A DNA stretch of 64,000 nt from Torpedo marmorata (Eukaryota): the NCBI GenBank assembly GCA_977017645.1, contig OZ360221.1, positions 157,604,001-157,668,000 of the forward strand. The letters run 5' to 3'. The translations under genes were made by a program, and so were the position numbers. How positions within the stretch are numbered: the first letter of the stretch is position 1; every line of letters starts with the position of its first letter. The notes under the pieces were generated by a model, which had not been told where the DNA came from, made no database searches, and saw only the letters and a program-made list of their open reading frames with translations. Positions 25,022 to 36,597 of this stretch are shown here, one piece after another.

Positions 25022-25954
25022 TGTTACAAATTCAAACCAGCAACGACAGAAGACGCAATGCAAAAGGGGTAAAATTGAAATTTATATTTATTAAAGACAA
25101 TTAAACATATAATTTCACAACAATTAACCCCACTATAAACGTCTATAAACACTATTCTTATCTAAAAGGTATGTTTGTGTGTGTCTGTAAAGCCCAGACC
25201 ATTACAGTCTGTGCCCAACCCTTATGTAAAAATGGAAAAACTTTCCCCAAAAACCCCAGGTCAGTCATAAAAAACAAGTCAGTCAAAAAAAAGAATAATA
25301 CAGTCCACAAAATCCACTCTCTAAGTTCAGGCTTCAAATTCAGCTCTATGTCTGGTAGAAGTACTTCTGAATGAACGTTGGAGAGAGACAATGACTGTTT
25401 ATGCTTACAAATACTTGTTTTCTTCTCTGATGACGTCCCCTTCTTGTGTGTTCATAAGGATTGCGAGTTCAGATCAGTATACCACTGATTTAGGCGTGTG
25501 CTTGAATCTCACAGCTAGTCTCGCTGATCTCATGCCTGTTCTCCACAGAAGTTGCTTTTCCTCAGAATCTCTCTGAGACAGGAGGCCATGTGCTATCCTG
25601 CCAGTCTTTTCTCTGGCTGCACAAACCTGGATTTGGCTGTATTCTCTAGCCTCTGCAACTTACAACTGTCTGGTTTTTCTGCAGAGATCTGCACCTGCTT
25701 TTTGCAAAAGTGCAACAAATGTATCTGGTTCAAAGTCTCTCTCTCTCTCTGGTCTCTCTCTGTCTGGGTACACCAAAAGTGCAACAATGTATCTTTGTCC
25801 ACAGCTTGTCTCTCTCTCTCTCTCTCTCTCTCTGGGTACACCAAGTTCTGGGGAAGTTAACTCTTTCAGTACCTGGCCCCAGTGTATACTCCAAAAGACT
25901 TCATCCTTCCTGCTGACCGTCCGCAGTCCAAATGGTCAGTCATGGTCCATAACA
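25022..25954 (-). mobile_element. Solo LTR of an unrelated LTR element inserted into Gypsy copy 2
   Basis: TGTTA...TAACA termini; 4-bp TSD TCCC (25018-25021, 25955-25958); AATAAA on the minus strand at 25087-25092 suggests the orientation; internal ~70-bp tandem duplication at ~25704-25845. Confidence 0.85.
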
Positions 25955-26006
25955 TCCCAAACAACCGAGAGACTCTAACACCGGTTCTGGGGGGGTGGGG
26001 TGGTTG

Positions 26007-26349
26007 TGTAGCGGTACCCGCTCTGGGCAAGCGAACTGGTGCCTGTAATGGCGGCCGCGCAAGTACATGTGGCAACAGCAGGGGCCAGCGCAAAGATGGC
26101 ACCGACCCCCCCCTTCTTCTTCAACCAGGATAAGAGAAGGACAGGAGACCCGGGAAATTTCCCATTGTAATGTACAGCTCCCATTGTCATGTAGACGAAA
26201 GCAATTAAGCAGCAATGGTCATGTAAACGACAGCAATTAAGCTCGCAGCCCTGCTTAAAAGCCAGGGCTGCGAGACCCGATTAAATAGTCTTGCTTGCAA
26301 CCCACCGACTGTGTGTTGTTCTTCAGATTTCTGTGTAGCTCACGCCACA
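26007..26349 (+). repeat. 3' LTR of Gypsy copy 2 (343 bp)
   Basis: TGTAGCG...CGCCACA, followed by TSD TGGA. Confidence 0.95.
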
Positions 26350-26599
26350 TGGAGATGGAAAAAGAGTATTTTTGTTTTTGAGAAATTGTATTTATCTTAA
26401 ACTATTGCAGTTGATATGAAAAATGTCTATTGCTTCCTCTCACTGATTTATGAAGTAAGCTAAACCCTTTAATTAGACGGAGCAATTACTCCTTATTCAA
26501 CAAAGCTCCTTATACTTGTGATTGTTTCTGATTAATAGTTGGGGTGGAACTCTCAAAATCTTGTATCATTGATTGTTTCACTGTTTAAAATGAACAGTG

Positions 26600-27000
26600 A
26601 AAGAAAGATGCCTTTATAAAGTTCCCTTTATTTCTTTTAGAAATATGTCAGTACTTTATGTGCTATTAATTACTTTGAAGTGCAGTGACTGCTTCTATGT
26701 AAGCACATGTAACTACAAGGAAGTAGACTCCCACACAGCAAGATCTTACAAATATGAAACCAATGGTATTTTCAAGGGTTCTTTTTAAGAAAGGAACATT
26801 ATGAGGAGACATAGAGAATTGCTGCTCTTCAGATAATTCAGCTAAATCTTTCATGCCAGTTTGAACCTCCAGAGAAAGCAGTATATCTTTCCTTCAATGC
26901 ATAAGCTGTAGTGTCAATCTTGTCGAGTTCCTCCATTCTTTGGATAAGACTTGAATCCGTTGCTTGCGGACTCAGAGATTATCAGATGAAGTGAGCCAAC
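26600..27000 (-). mobile_element. Old DeuSINE/SacSINE-like remnant
   Basis: tactttgaagtgcagtgactgc...cacagcaagatcttacaaa...gctgctcttc resembles a reversed shark SINE body; similar remnants at ~17140-17290 and 28440-28690; recognition from memory. Confidence 0.35.
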
Positions 27001-27014
27001 CTTTACTGCTGAGT

Positions 27015-27678
27015 TAAAAAACACAAATGCTGGAGAAACTCAGCAGGTCAAACAGTGTCTTTTATGTAGCAAAGGTAGAAATACATAACCGACGTTTCGG
27101 GCTTGAGCCCTTCATCAAAGTATGAGAAAATGCCGGCAGGCATCCGAACAAAAGAGTGAGGGGGAAGGGGGGGGGGTGGCAAAGGCAGGAGATGATAGGT
27201 GGAGAAAGGAGGGAGGGGACAGCAGCAAAGAGGGGGAGGAGGGATGGTTGGGTGGGTGGAAATACCCGCAAATTGGAGGAACAACATCTCATTTTCCGTC
27301 TGGGCACTCTCCACCAGATGGCATTAACATTGACTTTTCTGCTTTCCACTAAACCTGCTTGTTGTTCCCTTCCCCTCCCCCCTCACCTGTCCTTCCTGTT
27401 TTTTTCCACACACCCAGCCATCCCTCCTCCCCCTCTTTGCTGCTGTCCCCTCCCTCCTTTCTCCACCTATCATCTCCTGCCTTTGCCACCCCCCTTCCCC
27501 CCTCACTCTTTTGTTCGGACGCCTGCCGGCATTTTCTCATACTTTGATGAAGGGCTCAAGCCCAAAACGTCGGTTATGTATTTCTACCTTTGCTACATAA
27601 AAGACACTGTTTGACCTGCTGAGTTTCTCCAGCATTTGTGTTTTTTACTTCAACCACGGTGTCTACAGATTTTCGTGT
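27015..27678. mobile_element. PLE insertion with inverted pLTR (head-to-head)
   Basis: 27015-27260 is the reverse complement of ~27410-27647; 13-bp TSD TTTACTGCTGAGT (27002-27014, 27679-27691); only the right arm carries the 3' extension ttcaaccacggtgtctacag. Confidence 0.9.
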
Positions 27679-28978
27679 TTTACTGCTGAGTGTTCTATGA
27701 TCCATTTTACATTGAGTCAAATTCTGTAAGGTCAGGTGACAGTCTGCTTTGGATACTTTTGCCGATTGCCGATTATAACTTAACTCTTTGAGCTGCTATA
27801 TTGGTTCCAGGAATACAGTACCCTATTATATTAACCATCTGGAACTGTTGTTCCTGTCCTCCGGGGTGATTTTTGTACATGTGTGATCATTCCAGAAATC
27901 CTTTCCCAGAGCTTAAAATTTAGAAATTTGAGAATTTTGGCGACAGCGTCCTTGTGTGATTGAAGTGATACATGTTTAAAAAATGCTTAAGAAAACTATT
28001 ATACATTTTAAGTATAATGTCTCATTGGAGTTCTCCTTCAAGCATCTTGAAACAGAAACAATGCAGATTTCCTTGGATAAATAGCTTTACCTTTGCATCT
28101 GTATTGTGCTTTTAATGCAGTAATGCCACTTTGAGATACTTTGAAGATGAATGAAAAGACACTTTATGAATTTAGCCAGGGAAAAATGTTAGAAATATCA
28201 CTTAAAACATGATCAAACTGGCACATTTTTGGATGGATCATAAAGGAAAGAGAAAAGATTTTGAATGTGAATTCCAGAAGTTAGAATGCAAGGTTTACAG
28301 TGATGGAACAAAGGAAATAAAGAACTCGGAATTCAAAGGGTTGAGCAGAGTTAGGGAAAAATTAGATAATTGAAAGATTTGAACACGATTGCATGCATTA
28401 CAGAATTGAAATGTAAAAATAATTTTTGTGTGCTAGCTTTCACAGACTCAATTCATTTCATCATTTCAAAGCAGTTTACAACCATCAAGGTGAATTTGGA
28501 AAATGTGGTCACTGAAATTACTTGAAAACATAATATCTGATTTGAATAGAGCAAACTTCCACAAACAGCACAACACTGTTATATTATACAACTAATCTGG
28601 TTCTATAATGTTACTTGTTATACATGTTTGATTGATCACAATGTCAAGGATACTTCCCTTGCTCTTCTTCAAAAGAGTGTCACAAAATTCTTTATTTATT
28701 CAGTTCTATCCAGTCGAAAACCATCAGTGGACAGAACTAAGTTATAACTAGTGTAACCATTACTCTGTTTTGCATTAAAACGCAAGCCTAGAGTTTGTGG
28801 TCCATGCTCTGAAGTGGATAAATCACCTACAATCCTCTGACTCAAAGGCATATTGTTTGCCTTTGTTGACAATGATCCAATGTTGCTTGACAAGCACGAG
28901 ATAACAAGCATTGGACAGCCAGTATCTTTTTCCTGGGGCAAAAGTGGCAAATACCATCTGTATAAGGTGAGGGGGAAC

Positions 28979-29770
28979 AAAATGGCGGCACAGCCGAAGC
29001 TGCTGTAATGGCTTCGCTGCCACCGTTGCAGACCTGGGAGAGTGGAGAGCGAAGACACAGCACAGCTCCAAAGGGTTCAACTGCCCGGTCCTAATGCTGA
29101 CGGCTCCGTACAGGCTTTAAACGGCCTGTTAAAGGAGCCGATGGTGTTGGTAAGTAAAATCCTGCAACCGCAGGATCTGTGCCCAAGATGGCGGCGCCTG
29201 TGCTCGGCATCAGCCATGAGGGGTTACACTCTCCGGTGGAGCAGCAGACTGGTGCAGGGCTCCAGAAACAGGGAGAACACACCCCGTTGAGAAAGAGAGC
29301 ATGGGAGAGAACCCAGGACGGTGACCACGGCAGCAGACCAGCAAGGGGTTCAGCGGCTGAGGGACCCACACAGGCTGCATTTGGGGGACCCGCACGGGCT
29401 GCAAGGCTGCTGGGGACTGGCTCATGGGAACCAGGTATCAGAGCCAGGATTCGAGAGGGTGCTGAGGGCAAGAAGGACCTCGGGCACCTAAGGCTTCCTG
29501 ATTGTGTTTTTCATCTGGAGATCGGGTTGCCGATGGTTTGAACAGGAGTCTGAGTGGCTGCAGAGATTGCAGGAGCACTGGAGGTGAATCCACGGACACC
29601 CTGTGACTGAAGAGACTCTCTTTTGCTTCTCTTTCTCCTATTTTTAGGAGCGTCAGGCAATGCTTATGGCAACTGTTTGTTTGCTTTATCGCAGGCTAAA
29701 TTTAAAGTATATCATGTATGTTACATTTTTAATGTATTTTTACGTGATAATATAAGGAACCTTGAACTTG
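28979..29770 (+). mobile_element. Non-autonomous non-LTR retroelement with GC-rich 5' region and Rex1-like tail
   Basis: Starts aaaatggcggc (internal caagatggcggcg); no coding motif; ends tacgtgataatataaggaaccttgaacttg; the last ~90 bp match the SINE tail at 29937-30040. Confidence 0.6.
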
Positions 29771-29936
29771 GGAGGAAAGTTTAGGGGAGACGTCAGAGGT
29801 AGGTTTTTCACACAGAGAGTAGTGGGTGCCTGGAATGCATTGCCAGAGGTGGTGGTGGAGGCTGGAACAATAGGGACAGTTAAAAGACTCTTAGACAGGC
29901 ACATAGATGCAAGAAAAATAAAGGGTTATGGGTGTG
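29767..29936 (+). mobile_element. CR1 3' fragment
   Basis: GGKFRGDVRGRFFTQRVVGAWNALPEVVVEAGTI..KRLLDRH, the CR1 ORF2 C-terminus. Confidence 0.85.
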
Positions 29937-30185
29937 AGGTAAAGGTAAAGGTTCCATTATTGTCACGTAATACTACATTTAGAATGTAACATACATGAAA
30001 TTCTTTAATTTTTGTCTACCGTAAGGCATACAGAGAGTCGCTACTTTGTCCAGCACCCCTCACAGAAACCTACAGCACCTGGTGTTCCAAGGTGGTCTCC
30101 CCTCCAAGTACTGACCAGTCCTGTGCCTGCTTAGCTTTCCGAGATCAGACAATCCCAGTCGTATTCAGGCTATTGGTGCTGTAGT
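29937..30185 (-). mobile_element. 5S rRNA-derived SINE (SINE3)
   Basis: Minus strand of 30066-30185 is a diverged 5S copy (gtctgatctcggaaagctaagcagg...tggtcagtacttggaggggagaccacc...ggtgctgtaggttt), followed by a ~130-bp body and a gacaataatggaa(ccttta)n tail. Confidence 0.85.
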
Positions 30186-30218
30186 ACCAATAGGGAAGGT
30201 TTAGGTTGTTGAGGAGAT

Positions 30219-30475
30219 TTTGAAAACCACTGTTTTAATCGTACTTAATTGACTCGTTATGTGCACGGTTTCAATACTCCAAAGAAAATGGGCCAATGAC
30301 AATTTTTATCAAGCAAAATATTTCAGTAACAATTGGGTCTAGAGCAGTGGTTCTCAACCTTCCCTTTCCACTCACATACCACCTTAAGCAATCCCTTACT
30401 AATCACAGAGCACTTATGACATAGGGATTGCTTAAGGTGGAATGTGAGTTTAGGGGGGCAGTTTGAAAACCACTG
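30219..30475 (-). mobile_element. Partial copy of the compound hAT MITE (same spacer and unit as 35328-35702)
   Basis: Reverse-complement match to the spacer and hairpin unit of 35328-35702; ends gaaaaccactg. Confidence 0.82.
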
Positions 30476-30839
30476 GCAGAGTGAAAGGGATAAAGCATGA
30501 GGATCTTTGATTGAGACACTTTAGATAGACTTGGATGGTAGACAATGAGGATTTAAAATGAAACATGAGAGGGGTGGAACAAGATGAGGTCCTTAAAAGA
30601 GAAGATCCCAGAGGAGGAGATGACAGGCTAACACAAACTACAATACCTCAGTGGTAGCTTAGATATGGAAATTGTAGTAAGGGTGGGGGGAGGGATCTGA
30701 ATTAGTAAAAAAGTGTCATTTATCATGTTAAGTTTATATCCAAACAAGCAATTAGGAAAGTAGGTGGTATGTTGATTTTCTCTGCGAAGGATTTGAAAGA
30801 CCTGAGTAAGGATCTTATTGCAATTATATAAGTCCCTGG

Positions 30840-31270
30840 TGAGACTGCATGTGGAAGACAGTATAAGGAAAGGTGTTTTGGGATAGAGGAAGTGCAACAA
30901 ACATTCACCAGTTTGATCCTGGGGTGAAAGGATTATTCTTTGTGGAGTGATTAGACAGATTATATTTATTAAATTTAGAAGAGTGATGTCATTGAGCCAT
31001 ACACAATTCTTACAGAGCTTGGCAAGATAAAAGCAGACTGATGTTTCCACTGCCTTAGAACCAAGGGGTCATAATCTCAAAATAAGGATTGATGAGAAGT
31101 TTATTTTGTCACCTTTAGGGCGGCACAGTTAGCGTAGCAGTTATCTTAACGCTGTTACAGCGCCAGCGACCGGTGGCATTGAAAAACAAGTCCAGCTATG
31201 ATCTTATTGAATGGTGGAGCAGGCACAAAGCACCAAATGGCCTACTCCTGTTTGTCTTATGTTCTTACAT
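30840..31270 (+). mobile_element. Old CR1 3' fragment with an embedded tRNA-SINE head (31118-31173, HE1-like)
   Basis: gggcggcacagttagcgtagcagtta...cagcgccagcgaccgg is a tRNA-like head; CR1 tail tggagcaggc...aaatggcctactcctg follows. Confidence 0.55.
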
Positions 31271-34200
31271 CCTTGCATAAAACCATACTCTCATTGCATT
31301 TAACTCTAGCAAGATGGCAAAGACCTTGTTAACCAGGAATCAAATGTGGTGACAATAATTGTTTGTTAATCTGCTGGTGGAGCCCACAGAGAAGGACAAG
31401 TAAAATGTAAAATGTCAGTAAGATTAGTATTCCGTGAGCACACAGAATGAGAAGGTGAGCATGGGAAGAGGATAGGGTCATTTGAATTGCTACTTGTATC
31501 AATTGAACCCTTGGAGAAACCCAGAGGGCGTGAATGCTGTGATATGAGCAAGAGACCAGGAAGATAGAGGTTAGGGAATTTGAAGGGTGGAAATGGAAGA
31601 GGGAGAGTGGTTAGTAAAATATGCAATAAGGATGAAAATATAAGAGATGTATCTGGTCAACAGGAAGCAGATGAGGAAAAAGAGAAGGATCCAGAGACTC
31701 AAAAAGCGTGACAGGCAAATCAAGATGCAACAGGTGAGTGTGGAAGCAAATATTCAAGTTACAAAGACATAATAAAGATTAGACATGTCGTATGGTAAAC
31801 AGAGAAGCAAGAATAGGAACTCCAGTTAAAGTTTGTTATATAATAAAATTGAGATAAAAGGACAAATCCTTCTCTTGTGAGTTATTTTTCAAGGTATATG
31901 TTTTGTAATAAAATGTTTGAGCTGCATGACCTTTTCTACAAAGACTAGTTAACAGCTTACATGTTTTCATTATTTCATCAAACACACTCCTGATCTCATC
32001 ATCTTTCAGTCTGAACAATCATTTTTTATTAGAAAATGGAATTATAAAATTGTAATTTATGTAATTTCAAAATTAATCTGTCCTTAGATATTTAATCAAG
32101 TAAGTTAGATTTATAATGGTAATCTGTAAACCTGGACTCCCTGGGGGTAGACGATTTCTAAACAATGTGTGGAATCTTGCGGCACTTCACCTTATATAGG
32201 CACTGTTAGGCACTGACTCAGTCCACTCTGAAGATAACCGTTTTCAATTAAGATGCAATGAATTATTAACATACCTGCAAAGCCATGATTGCAGTAACAT
32301 GACACTTGCCTAATCAAGCATGTTCAGTGTTGACATTCTAACCAGTTTCCTTATACTCCTTTCCCACCCAGATGTTTTTACCAGTACTTTCATTGGTTGT
32401 GGAAATACACTTTATTTTTTCCTGCAGTTATGAGAATGAGAATGACATTTATTAATTCCATTAAATCACTATGTACAATTGACTGGAATGGCTAAATTGT
32501 TTAAAAACTGATTGTGTTGATATTTCTGGAGTTTGTTGACTCTAGTCAGCATATGGATGAAAATTATTTTCTTTAAGCCAGATGTACCAAAGAAAATATA
32601 TGTATATATAGATATAGATAGATAGATATATTTTTTTATATATATTAAGAAATAACTAAATATAATTAGAAGCTTAAAGTGGAGAACAAGATTGTGAACT
32701 AAACCAACAACAATCCTTTCCTTGTATAAATAAAATACATGCTAATAGTGTTTTATTTAGTTAAATATCTATTATTCTGGCCAAATAAAAATGTTTAAAT
32801 GCAATAATTGAAAAATAACATGATTTTTCTTGTATTTTCCCTCCCAGCTGGCATCGAATGTATGAGATTCATGCAATTCAGTGTATGTATATATTCACAT
32901 TGCACCAACAGGTCACTTTAGTACTAATGTGAGAGTAGAAAGATTGACACCAATCAAGCACTGAACAATAGATTGCCTGTTCTCAATAAAGTGTGACATC
33001 CATAACCTGCTTAAAGAAACGTGACTGGCATGAAATCACAGGGCACCCAACACGTCGCACTGAATGGAATTAATTGTCATTACGTTTACCTGATCAGAAA
33101 TAAGAAACTATTGCTGATGAACATCCTTATTGATCTTCTTCAAAAGATATTTAATTCTGGGAGGTAATTACTTGGGGTAAATAAGAACTGGCTAAAGCAT
33201 AGTCCTTAACCCTAAACTGAATTTCCACAATTTTATGCTAAAGTAACATTGAATCTGTGTCATACATCACTCACATCGCACTCAATCTAGATTGTATTGC
33301 AAAAGTATAAAGGTTGTAGAACATTAAATATTAAATAATAAACCTTTGATAATGTGATCTATTAGTAGCACTCTTATTCTCATGTTAGAAAGTTATTCAT
33401 TCAAGTTCTCCCTGCAGAATTAGCTCATAATCACAGCTATCATCTTAGTAAAAACCAAGGAAATGTTTATTGTTCGAGGTGAGATAGTTAAGCCTAGACC
33501 CTCCATACCTATTTGGGTTGAGGTTAAAGAAAAACCAATGGCAGAACAGAAGAGTTTACGTAGGTTACTCGCCACGCGTTAATCCTCAACCAGTATGCAC
33601 CCAAGATGATATTGAATGATGCTTGCATTTATGTAAACATCTTTGATAACTTCACATTGCTCTTATGTGCTTTATAACACAGCAAATAAATTGTCCATTG
33701 ACCAGAAACCGTAGACAGGGATTTTGCCCTTGCCCCTATCCCACTCCTTGAGCCTATCCCATATTCTCTTAATGCATGACTGATTTGTGAACTTTCTCCT
33801 TTTACCCACTTTTCCCTCATTTCCCTTTTGTCATCAAAAATATATCAATCTCAGGGTTAAATATCAACAACTGACCTGCCATAAATTGTCACTTATAGAA
33901 GTGAGTTCAAAATATCTACCACCTTTTGTGGGTTATTAAATCTCCAATGCTTAAGACTTTGCCCCCTGGTCTGAGAATGATACAAGCATATCATTGTCTG
34001 TTAATCTTGTGAAATTACAATCAAAGCACCCTTAAATATCTGACAATGTATTACAATATTTTTAATTTCACTTTATAATTTAACCCTTGCCATTCAGCTA
34101 CATATATGATAAGTATAGCCTGTACTCCCCTCTTGGATTAATACATTCTTTCATAGGTTTAGTGTCCAGAAATGATCACAGCTCCCCTGGGGAGTTCTAC

Positions 34201-35214
34201 TGGAGCGTTGTCTAACTGTGGCACAACTTATCTTCTCTTTGTAGCCAGTCTTCTGGAAACAAAGAACAGAATCCATATATTTTCTTGATTGTTTTTGTAC
34301 CTGTCCAAAATAAATAAGATCTAGGTATGTGGTACCCCAGTACTTTAGATCATTCTAATCAGAACTGTGCAATAGCAGTAAATATGGACTTAAATCTGGA
34401 CTTGATTTGTTTCAGATTGTTTGGAATTGTTGTGGTGTATATGAAACTATTAAATAGAAGCATAAAATATTTCATAATTTCTGCTATTTTGTAAAGACTT
34501 TGTAATAATTTCACGAGATATTTTATCTGCATCTCTGGATTTCCTCTGCTTCTAGTTTTTCACCCTATTGAAAAGTTTAGGGAGAGTTTTATTTTTTCAG
34601 GTCCAAAATAGACATTCACACTGAAATCCATAATTGCATTTTCACCCACTCACCCAATTAACTTGTAAGTAAATCCTTCAATTCTTACAATGCTCCCTAT
34701 CTCTGTGTCATTAGAAAATTTAGATATTTTTTCTTTGGGGTGGGAGGTTTGGGGTAATTGCTTTTTAAAAATTATATATGTTACTTTTATTGTATTACTA
34801 TATAATGTGATACTGTTTTTGAAGTATTTTGTTTCATTGTTTGTTAAAAATGAAAATAAAATATTTTAAAAAAAAAGAAAATTTAGATAGATGGTGTTCT
34901 CTCTCTTCATCTGCCCCAATCAAGATCCATGCAGAACAACACCAATCATATTGTCCTGATTTGGGAACCTGGCCAATGCCATCACTCTCTGTCATCAGTG
35001 CTTCAATTGCAAGTCCTTAGACATTACATCCAGACATCCCCTGTTCACTACTTTAGTCACCTCTTCAAAATATAAACAGGCTTATCAGGTGTGACCTACA
35101 TTTACATGTGGCTCTCTCGGAACAACTGAATATTTTTTGCGAAGTTGTCACTCAAAAAAGAAATCATTTGCAAAAGAACGAATGTTATTCACACACATAC
35201 AGTATATAATTAAT

Positions 35215-35960
35215 AGAGTCATAGATTCATAGAGTTCTACAGCATGGAAATAGGCTCTTGGGCCCAACCTGTTCACATTGACCAGACTAATCTCATTTGC
35301 CTGAGCTTGGCCCATATCCCTCTAAACCGGTGGTTTTCAAACTGCCCCCCTAAACTCACATTCCACCTTAAGCAATCCCTATGCCATAAGTGCTCTGTGT
35401 TTAGTAAGGGATTGTTTAAGGTGGTATGTGAGTGGGAAGGGAAGGTTGAGAACCACTGCTCTAGACCCAATTGTTACTGAAATATTTGGCTTGAGAAAAA
35501 TTGTCATTGGCCCATTTCCTTTGGAGTTACGAAACCGTGCACATAACAAGTCATTTAGGTACAATTAAAACAGTAGTTTTCAATCTTTTTCTTTCCACTC
35601 ACATACCACCTTAAGCAATCCCTTACTAATCACAGACCACTTATGGCATAGGGATTACTTAAGGTGGAATGTGAGTTTAGGGGGGCAGTTTGAAAACCAC
35701 TGCTCTAAATCTTTCCTATCCATTTACCTGTCTAAATGTCTTTTGAACATTACAATTGTCTCAGCTACTACTACTTTGGCAGCTCATTCCATGTACCCAT
35801 CACCCTTATGTGAAGAAGATGGCCCTCAGGTCCTCATTATATTTTTTGCCTCTCAACCTCTAGTTTCAGATGCCCCTATCCACAGAAAAAGTCTATGACT
35901 ACTTACTTTATCAATGCCCCTCATATTTTTATGAACCTTGACAAGATTCCCCTTAGCTTC
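35215..35960 (-). mobile_element. Old CR1 3' end on the minus strand, interrupted by the MITE
   Basis: atagagtcatagattcatagagttctacagcatggaaataggc (reversed CR1 tail); continues after 35710. Confidence 0.65.
35328..35702. mobile_element. Compound hAT (Charlie-like) MITE: two inverted ~131-bp hairpin units around a 112-bp spacer
   Basis: TIRs C(A/G)GTGGTTTTCAA...TTGAAAACCACTG; 8-bp TSD CTCTAAAC/CTCTAAAT (35320-35327, 35703-35710); units at 35328-35458 and 35571-35702. Confidence 0.88.
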
Positions 35961-36097
35961 CTCCCTGGCTCCCTTCTCCATCTTTCTTTACTATCAATGA
36001 CAGGGAAGGATGCAAAGGGGGTATCCAAGTGTGGAAAATTATGGTTAAGTCCATCATTTCTCTACTTTATTTAAAAGCCAGGGATTCAAACCTTTTT

Positions 36098-36420
36098 CAT
36101 AAGATCATAAAATGTGGGATCAGGAGAAGGCCATTCAGCCCCATGTGCCTACTCCACCATTCACTAAGATCAGGCTGATCTTTTATCTCAATGCCCTTTC
36201 CTAAAGTGATCCAGTATCCCTCCATTCCCTGTATATCAATAACCTATTAATCTATTAATGCATTGAGTATGCTGTGCACCTGATCCACCTCAATTCCAAA
36301 GATTTACTATCCTCTGAGATCTCTTCTCATCTCTGTTCTGAATGGCCAATCCCTTATTTTGACATAGTGACCACCTACATTTAGCCATCTCAGCTGAGAG
36401 GAACATCACTTCTACATTTG
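36098..36420 (-). mobile_element. Old CR1 3' end
   Basis: cataagatcataa...caggagaaggccattcagccc...ctccaccattcactaagatc is a reversed CR1 tail. Confidence 0.6.
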
Positions 36421-36545
36421 AATCTCTCTTAGTTACTATGATTTTCTCTCTGTTATTTGGTCAGCATCACAATCCCTCAGCCTTGATTTTTTACAGCCGT
36501 CTCTAGATCAGAACTTGATCTAAGAACTTTCCCAAAAATCAGATT

Positions 36546-36597
36546 GGGGGGGGGGGGAGGGTTTGTGGGGGGGGGGTGGGGGGGGGTGGTTGGTGGT
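36546..36597 (+). repeat. Poly-G tracts (G-quadruplex potential)
   Basis: Three G-runs of about 9-13 nt with short spacers. Confidence 0.85.

Larger units (their letters stand above)
20964..26349 (+). mobile_element. Gypsy/Ty3 LTR retrotransposon, full length, decayed (copy 2, same family as copy 1)
   Basis: LTRs at 20964-21302 and 26007-26349; TSD TGGA (20960-20963 and 26350-26353); degenerate tRNA-Trp PBS at 21304; G-rich PPT; gag-PR-RT-RH-IN with frameshifts. Confidence 0.96.

Noticed and set aside
20964-26349. Gypsy copy 2 as a segmental duplicate of copy 1
   Set aside because: The TSDs, flanks and nested insertions differ, showing independent integrations.
30066-30185. Functional 5S rRNA gene
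   Set aside because: It is heavily diverged in the 5' half, single rather than tandem, lacks a proper T-run terminator and continues into a retroposon tail inside a CR1; called a SINE.
31118-31173. tRNA gene
   Set aside because: Only an A-box-side head truncated before the B box; no cloverleaf; a SINE remnant.
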